Assembly: GCF_000802205.1 (NCBI RefSeq)
Contig: NZ_CP012850.1
Location: forward strand, 2,668,587-2,692,586
Direction of reading: 5' to 3'
DNA length: 24,000 bases
Source: Candidatus Nitrosocosmicus oleophilus
GTDB lineage: Archaea; Thermoproteota; Nitrososphaeria; Nitrososphaerales; Nitrososphaeraceae
Below, piece by piece: positions 19,507 through 24,000 of the stretch; positions within the stretch are counted from its first letter, which is position 1; each line of letters begins with the position of its first letter. Made by a program: the position numbers and the translations under genes. The notes beneath the pieces were generated by a model that did not search any database, had not been told where the DNA came from, and saw only the letters and a list, made by a program, of their open reading frames with translations.

Positions 19507-19584
19507 TTTGACATATAAATATAACACAATACTATCAGGAAATTAGTAAACATTTTTAAGTAAAACTTTTTATAAGCTTAGATA

Positions 19585-20919
19585 ATGCTTAGAAAAATTA
19601 AGATTGATAAACATACCTTTAGTTTATTATTCCTTGTAATTTCCACATTCTTACTTTCTCAAAGTTACAGTGTAGCAATTTCATTCGCCCAAACAGAATC
19701 AGTATTAGTTTGCGATTTTGTGCAGTATTGTTCCAATCCTGTTGAATTGAGTACGAGTAACAATGATTCTTCAACTGCTGCCACAGTTACGCCTGAGACT
19801 GAAGCTCAAACAACAGCAGAGTCTGAAGCTCAAACAACAGCAGAGTCTGAAGCTCAAACAACAGCAGAGTCTGAAGCTCAAACAGCTCCCGATTCAACAG
19901 AACTTTTGCCAGATGTTACCTCAAATATTTCTTTGATAATGACCCCAGATTTACCAGGTAACTTGGCAGAGGAAGTTTCTCAAGACTCCCTTAATCAAGA
20001 TTTGTTAGCTGCTAATGACACTCAACAGATATCATCAAATGCGACATTGGATAGTCAGTTGGTAGTCCCTGAAAATGCGACCGTAATTACACCGGACGCT
20101 CAAATCCCACTTGAAAGCACCACTGAAAACATTTCAATGACTATTCAAGACGATAATGGCACTATCACTGCTGACAGTGGTTCATCTAATCAAAGTGAGA
20201 TTGCAACTACAATTCCTCCCGATAATGCAACTATGTCTATTGACGACAGCAATATGTCTCAAGTTGCCCCAGTTAATGAGACCATTGATACAACAGCAGG
20301 AAATGAGACCATTGATACAACAGCAGGAAATGAGACCATTGATACAACAGCAGGAAATGAGACCATTGATACAACAGCAGGAAATGAGACCATTGATACA
20401 ACAGCAGGAAATGAGACCATTGATACAACAGCAGGAAATGAGACCATTGATACAACAGCAGGAAATGAGACCATTGATACAACAGCAGGAAATGAGACCA
20501 TTGATACAACAGCAGGAAATGAGACCATTGATACAACAGCAGGAAATGAGACCATTGATACAACAGCAGGAAATGAGACCATTGATACAACAGCAGGAAA
20601 TGAGACCATCAGTCCAGCAACCTCGGATGTAAATCAGAGCACTGCAACAAATGAGACCATCAGTCCAGCAACCTCGGATGTAAATCAGAGCACTGCAACA
20701 AATGAGACCATCAGTCCAGCAACCTCGGATGTAAATCAGAGCACTGCAACAAATGAGACCATCAGTCCAGCAACCTCGGATGTAAATCAACAAAATAGTG
20801 GTTCTAATGTCAATGAGGTCCAATCTAATTCAGGTCCAAATTCTGAAAATCAAACTGCTCCACCTTCCTTCTTGGATCCTTTAATTAACCCATTCAAGGA
20901 ACTTTTTGGAATCAAATAG
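19585..20919 (+). CDS. secreted/anchored acidic Thr/Ser-rich repeat protein, rich in N-glycosylation sequons
   Basis: N-terminal hydrophobic segment FSLLFLVISTFLLSQSYSVAISFA. Three in-frame tandem arrays encode ESEAQTTA, NETIDTTAG and NETISPATSDVNQSTAT. There are dozens of N-x-S/T sequons. Confidence 0.75.
   Translation: MLRKIKIDKHTFSLLFLVISTFLLSQSYSVAISFAQTESVLVCDFVQYCSNPVELSTSNNDSSTAATVTPETEAQTTAESEAQTTAESEAQTTAESEAQTAPDSTELLPDVTSNISLIMTPDLPGNLAEEVSQDSLNQDLLAANDTQQISSNATLDSQLVVPENATVITPDAQIPLESTTENISMTIQDDNGTITADSGSSNQSEIATTIPPDNATMSIDDSNMSQVAPVNETIDTTAGNETIDTTAGNETIDTTAGNETIDTTAGNETIDTTAGNETIDTTAGNETIDTTAGNETIDTTAGNETIDTTAGNETIDTTAGNETIDTTAGNETIDTTAGNETISPATSDVNQSTATNETISPATSDVNQSTATNETISPATSDVNQSTATNETISPATSDVNQQNSGSNVNEVQSNSGPNSENQTAPPSFLDPLINPFKELFGIK
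19795..19884 (+). repeat. 24-bp tandem repeat, about 3.75 copies
   Basis: GAG(A/T)CTGAAGCTCAAACAACAGCA repeated head to tail, in frame (E[T/S]EAQTTA). Confidence 0.9.
20275..20598 (+). repeat. 27-bp perfect tandem repeat, 12 copies
   Basis: AATGAGACCATTGATACAACAGCAGGA repeated 12 times with no visible substitutions. It encodes NETIDTTAG. Confidence 0.95.
20599..20790 (+). repeat. 51-bp tandem repeat, about 3.75 copies
   Basis: AATGAGACCATCAGTCCAGCAACCTCGGATGTAAATCAGAGCACTGCAACA repeated, encoding NETISPATSDVNQSTAT. It shares its first 11 nt with the 27-bp unit. Confidence 0.9.
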
Positions 20920-20953
20920 TATCCAATACATTTTTTTGCTTCGTCGATACAAC

Positions 20954-21295
20954 ATGAGCGAAATCAGGAATAAAATATCATTTGATGAATTCAGCAAAGT
21001 TGAGCTTAAGGTTGGTAAAATTTTAAGTGCAGAAAATATGCCCGGATATAAGAAGATATTAAGATTAATCGTCGATTTGGGCGGAGAGGAAAGAGAGATT
21101 ATGTCGGGGCTGGCCAAGCACTACCAACCGGAAGAGATGGTAAACAAGAATGTCATAGTATGCACCAATCTTGAACCTAGGAAGTTTGGAGATCAAGTTT
21201 CAGATGGGATGATTCTGGCTGCTTCAAACGAAAATGGGAAACCCATTCTATTAACGGTAGTTGAAGACACGATTCCAGGCTCTCAAATTACATAA
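20954..21295 (+). CDS. stand-alone tRNA-binding OB-fold protein (Trbp111/CsaA/MetRS C-terminal-domain-like)
   Basis: VELKVGKILSAENMPGYKKILRLIVDLGGEEREIMSGLAKHYQPEEMVNKNVIVCTNLEPRKFGDQVSDGMILAA matches the tRNA-binding domain pattern. ATG 20954 lies after the stop of the upstream gene. Confidence 0.8.
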   Translation: MSEIRNKISFDEFSKVELKVGKILSAENMPGYKKILRLIVDLGGEEREIMSGLAKHYQPEEMVNKNVIVCTNLEPRKFGDQVSDGMILAASNENGKPILLTVVEDTIPGSQIT

Positions 21296-21429
21296 CCAAA
21301 CGCTGTTGGATATTTTTTTGATTGGATTAAATTTTTTTCTTTAATATACAAATTAAGCTAATAATATATTCTCCATAATGAATTTGATTTTAGTATAAGA
21401 TTATAATCCGCGATAATATTTGATGAGTT

Positions 21430-21762
21430 GTGGATACTGATTTCATAGACAATGACGATTGTTCAGATGAATCATTACCAACAGGAAGGATAATTCTTAC
21501 AAAACATTTGTTTTTACCTTCTGGAAATTTCATGTGGGAAATACAAAGTAGAAAAAATAATTCAAGTTACTATGTTGACCATGGCCTAACATTTTGCTCC
21601 TGTAAAGGTTTCTATTATAACTACAACAGAAAAAAATGTTATCATCTGTCTGATGCCCATAAGTATATCCAAAATTCAAATTATACAATCTCTCTTTATG
21701 AAGACAAAAATTATAATCAGGTGGTTAAAAGCATGATCCTTGCCATTATTTCTAACTCGTAA
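21430..21762 (+). CDS. small SWIM zinc-finger protein
   Basis: FCSCKGFYYNYNRKKCYHL fits the SWIM signature C-x-C-x(n)-C-x-H. 110 aa with a GTG start. Confidence 0.5.
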   Translation: MDTDFIDNDDCSDESLPTGRIILTKHLFLPSGNFMWEIQSRKNNSSYYVDHGLTFCSCKGFYYNYNRKKCYHLSDAHKYIQNSNYTISLYEDKNYNQVVKSMILAIISNS

Positions 21763-21812
21763 GGAATAATATCTTAATTTCAAATATATATTAGATAAGA
21801 ATTCTATCGATC

Positions 21813-23105
21813 ATGCATGATTACGAGAATATACTAATCGTAGGTTCGGGGGGTAGAGAACATGCTCTGGGTTGGAAGATTTCTCAAAATAATAATGTGA
21901 AAAAAGTAGTATATGCAAACGGGAATGGTGGGACTCATCAAAATATTCAGATATTACCTACTGAAATAGACAAACTAGTACAATATGCTAAAGAAAAGGA
22001 ATTATTTACTGTTGTTGGTCCAGAGGTACCATTATCATTAGGAATAGTCGATACGTTTAATTTTTACGATTTACCCATTTTTGGTCCAACAAAAAGCGCA
22101 GCTCGACTAGAAACCAGTAAAGAATTTTCAAAGCAGTTCATGAATCGTCATTCTATTCCAACTAGCGAGTTCAAAGTATTTACTGACGCCGAAAAAGCTA
22201 TAGATTATGTTGAGAGAATTAACTTTAATGCGGTAATAAAAGCTGATGGACTAGCAGCAGGAAAAGGAGTTTTTGTAAGCAACAATAAAACAGAAGCCAT
22301 AGATGCGATTGACCAGTTGCTGAATAAGAAAATTTTTGGCCCTGCATCCGAAAAAATCATCGTGGAGAAGAAGATAACAGGAGAAGAGGTTTCCCTTATG
22401 GCCATTTGTGACGGAGAAACTTTCATGATTATGGATACCTGCAGAGATCATAAGAGAGTTTTTGACGACGATCTGGGCCCTAATACAGGAGGTATGGGCA
22501 GTTATTCACCTGTTTCTGAAATAAGTGAAAGTGATTTGGATTATATTTCAGATAAAGTCTTTAAGCCTGCTGTCAACGGAATGCAAGCTGAGGGTAATCC
22601 ATTTCAGGGCTTTCTTTATGCTGGAATAATGATTGAAAAACAGACCGGCAAACCATTTGTTTTGGAATTCAATGCGAGGATGGGAGACCCTGAGTGTCAA
22701 CCGCTAATGATGAGAATGCAATCTGACTTGTTTGAGTACATAAAGGCAGCAGAAAATAAATCATTGGATTCCATGCAGCCTATTATGTGGAAGGACAAGT
22801 TTTCTACATGTGTCATAATGACATCTAAGGGATATCCTGACAAGTACGAAACCGGATACACAATAAGAGGTTTGGGTAAGCAACCTGAGAATGAAATTAT
22901 GATATTTCATTCCGGGACAAAACTAAACCAAGATAATGAACTTGTTACTTCAGGAGGACGAGTATTGGGTATAACATCACTGGGCAAGTCAATTGATGAA
23001 GCAATGAATAAATCCTATCAAATAGTGCGAGAAATATCATGGGGTGATAATCAACAGCATTATAGAACCGATATTGGCAGAAAAGGCTTGAACTCTGATA
23101 GATGA
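21813..23105 (+). CDS. purD: phosphoribosylamine--glycine ligase (GAR synthetase)
   Basis: ILIVGSGGREHALGWK at the N-terminus, an ATP-grasp core and EFNARMGDPE. 430 aa. Confidence 0.9.
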   Translation: MHDYENILIVGSGGREHALGWKISQNNNVKKVVYANGNGGTHQNIQILPTEIDKLVQYAKEKELFTVVGPEVPLSLGIVDTFNFYDLPIFGPTKSAARLETSKEFSKQFMNRHSIPTSEFKVFTDAEKAIDYVERINFNAVIKADGLAAGKGVFVSNNKTEAIDAIDQLLNKKIFGPASEKIIVEKKITGEEVSLMAICDGETFMIMDTCRDHKRVFDDDLGPNTGGMGSYSPVSEISESDLDYISDKVFKPAVNGMQAEGNPFQGFLYAGIMIEKQTGKPFVLEFNARMGDPECQPLMMRMQSDLFEYIKAAENKSLDSMQPIMWKDKFSTCVIMTSKGYPDKYETGYTIRGLGKQPENEIMIFHSGTKLNQDNELVTSGGRVLGITSLGKSIDEAMNKSYQIVREISWGDNQQHYRTDIGRKGLNSDR

Positions 23106-23106
23106 A

Positions 23107-23676
23107 TTAATTCACATTTATCATTCTTTTCTCTGAAATAAGTGTATTCATTTTAACATCTTGATCATTACAAATAATTTTTTCCAAAATTAATTGGAAA
23201 TCATATCCAAGGCCCACTAAAGTCATGTTTTGAAAACCAATTGAATTAAAAAACTTGTCATAATAGCCCTTTCCATATCCAATCCTGTTACCCGTTACGT
23301 CAAACACGACACCTGGCGTTATGACGATATCGAGAAGGTGATTCATATTTTCGCTAGATGTCTCAGGTTCCATTATGCCATATTTGCCAACCTTAAGGCT
23401 CTTAGTTGGATCGTATTTGAAAAAACTAATCTGCTCATCTACAATTGTAGGTAGACATACTGTCTTTAAATTCAAAACGGCTTGAGACATTATTTGAAAG
23501 GTTTGGACTTCATTTAAAATAGGATAATACAGGCCAATAACTTTACTTTCTGAAAAGTACTTTGAACCAAGGAACCTTTGTTGAGCAGACATACTTTTTA
23601 TGTAGCAATCATAATAAGGCAAGTTTTTTCGTATCAGGAGATATTTCTTTCGCAAGATTTCTTTTGAATGTACCAT
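23107..23676 (-). CDS. 5-formyltetrahydrofolate cyclo-ligase
   Basis: N-terminus KEILRKKYLLIRKNL and GNRIGYGKGYYDKF, the MTHFS signature. 189 aa. It starts 4 nt after the folD stop. Confidence 0.8.
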   Translation of the reverse strand: MVHSKEILRKKYLLIRKNLPYYDCYIKSMSAQQRFLGSKYFSESKVIGLYYPILNEVQTFQIMSQAVLNLKTVCLPTIVDEQISFFKYDPTKSLKVGKYGIMEPETSSENMNHLLDIVITPGVVFDVTGNRIGYGKGYYDKFFNSIGFQNMTLVGLGYDFQLILEKIICNDQDVKMNTLISEKRMINVN

Positions 23677-23680
23677 TTTT

Positions 23681-24000
23681 TTACTTTGCGTATGCCTTGG
23701 AAGCCTCGACTGTGTTCCGCAAAAGCATGCATATGGTCATGGGGCCAACCCCACCAGGCACGGGAGTGATGAAGCCGGCCTTTTCCTTTACCTTTTCAAA
23801 ATCCACATCCCCGCAAAGTTTACCATTCACTCTATTTGTTCCGACATCAATTATTGTTGAGCCGTATTTGACCATGTCAGGAGTTAATACAAACGAATCC
23901 CTATTTCCTACAGCGGTAATTATTATGTCTGCGTTTTGGGAGAAATGTTTGAGATTCTTGGTGTGAGAGTGAGAAATAGTAACAGTAGAATTTTTCCTTA
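23681..24000 (-). CDS. folD: bifunctional methylene-THF dehydrogenase/methenyl-THF cyclohydrolase (C-terminal part; gene runs off the window)
   Basis: The frame is open to the window edge. [14 protein letters not shown]...[10 protein letters not shown]...IIDVGTNRV...GDVDF...[20 protein letters not shown] are FolD C-terminal motifs. Confidence 0.85.
   Translation of the reverse strand, partial: RKNSTVTISHSHTKNLKHFSQNADIIITAVGNRDSFVLTPDMVKYGSTIIDVGTNRVNGKLCGDVDFEKVKEKAGFITPVPGGVGPMTICMLLRNTVEASKAYAK

Noticed and set aside
20275-20598. Possible CRISPR array, given 12 identical 27-bp units
   Set aside because: The units are directly abutting with no spacers, lie in frame within a long ORF, and there are no cas genes nearby. 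This is a coding tandem repeat.
20156-20823. Four repeat-shaped ORFs in other frames or on the other strand (20156..20632 +, 20182..20823 -, 20259..20609 -, 20273..20590 -)
   Set aside because: They are alternative-frame readings of the same tandem arrays. They are open only because the unit lacks stops in those frames. The + frame from 19585 has a signal-like N-terminus and non-repeat flanks, and is the real gene.
22205-22451. Two minus-strand ORFs inside purD
   Set aside because: They are antisense to a confidently identified purD frame.
23562-23966. 134-aa plus-strand ORF spanning the folD / cyclo-ligase junction
   Set aside because: It is antisense to two recognisable genes. The PGTGV-like string is just the reverse reading of the FolD PVPGGVGP motif region.

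Overview
Visibly AT-rich, archaeal-looking chromosomal window. The lineage call (Nitrososphaeria/Thaumarchaeota-like) is an inference from archaeal-type genes, a tRNA with a non-canonical intron, TATA-like boxes and frequent TTG starts; no database search was possible. Most of the window is housekeeping: carA-carB (carbamoyl-phosphate synthase), purD, folD plus 5-formyl-THF cyclo-ligase, a polyprenyl (GGPP-type) synthase, tRNA m1A methyltransferase TrmI, a stand-alone tRNA-binding OB-fold protein, DUF72, nitroreductase, GNAT, a metallophosphoesterase and tRNA-Glu(UUC). Accessory-looking content includes three small Cys/His-rich proteins (one with a classical C2H2 finger), a SWIM-finger protein, and a membrane GT2 glycosyltransferase divergent from a secreted protein built from three perfect tandem-repeat arrays rich in N-glycosylation sequons. 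It also includes an ORF-poor 3.3-kb stretch next to a decayed copy of the tRNA-Glu 3' half. The most interesting signal is in carB. The gene is interrupted by exactly 26 nt inside the invariant GEAGE|FDYSG motif. That insert folds into a helix / 3-nt bulge / 4-bp helix geometry, with both junctions 2 nt 3' of the central helix. This is the same architecture as the 20-nt D-arm intron of the tRNA-Glu in this window. I propose a candidate endonuclease-spliced intron in a protein-coding gene; a pseudogene or an assembly error are the alternatives. All functional calls rest on motifs recognised by eye.
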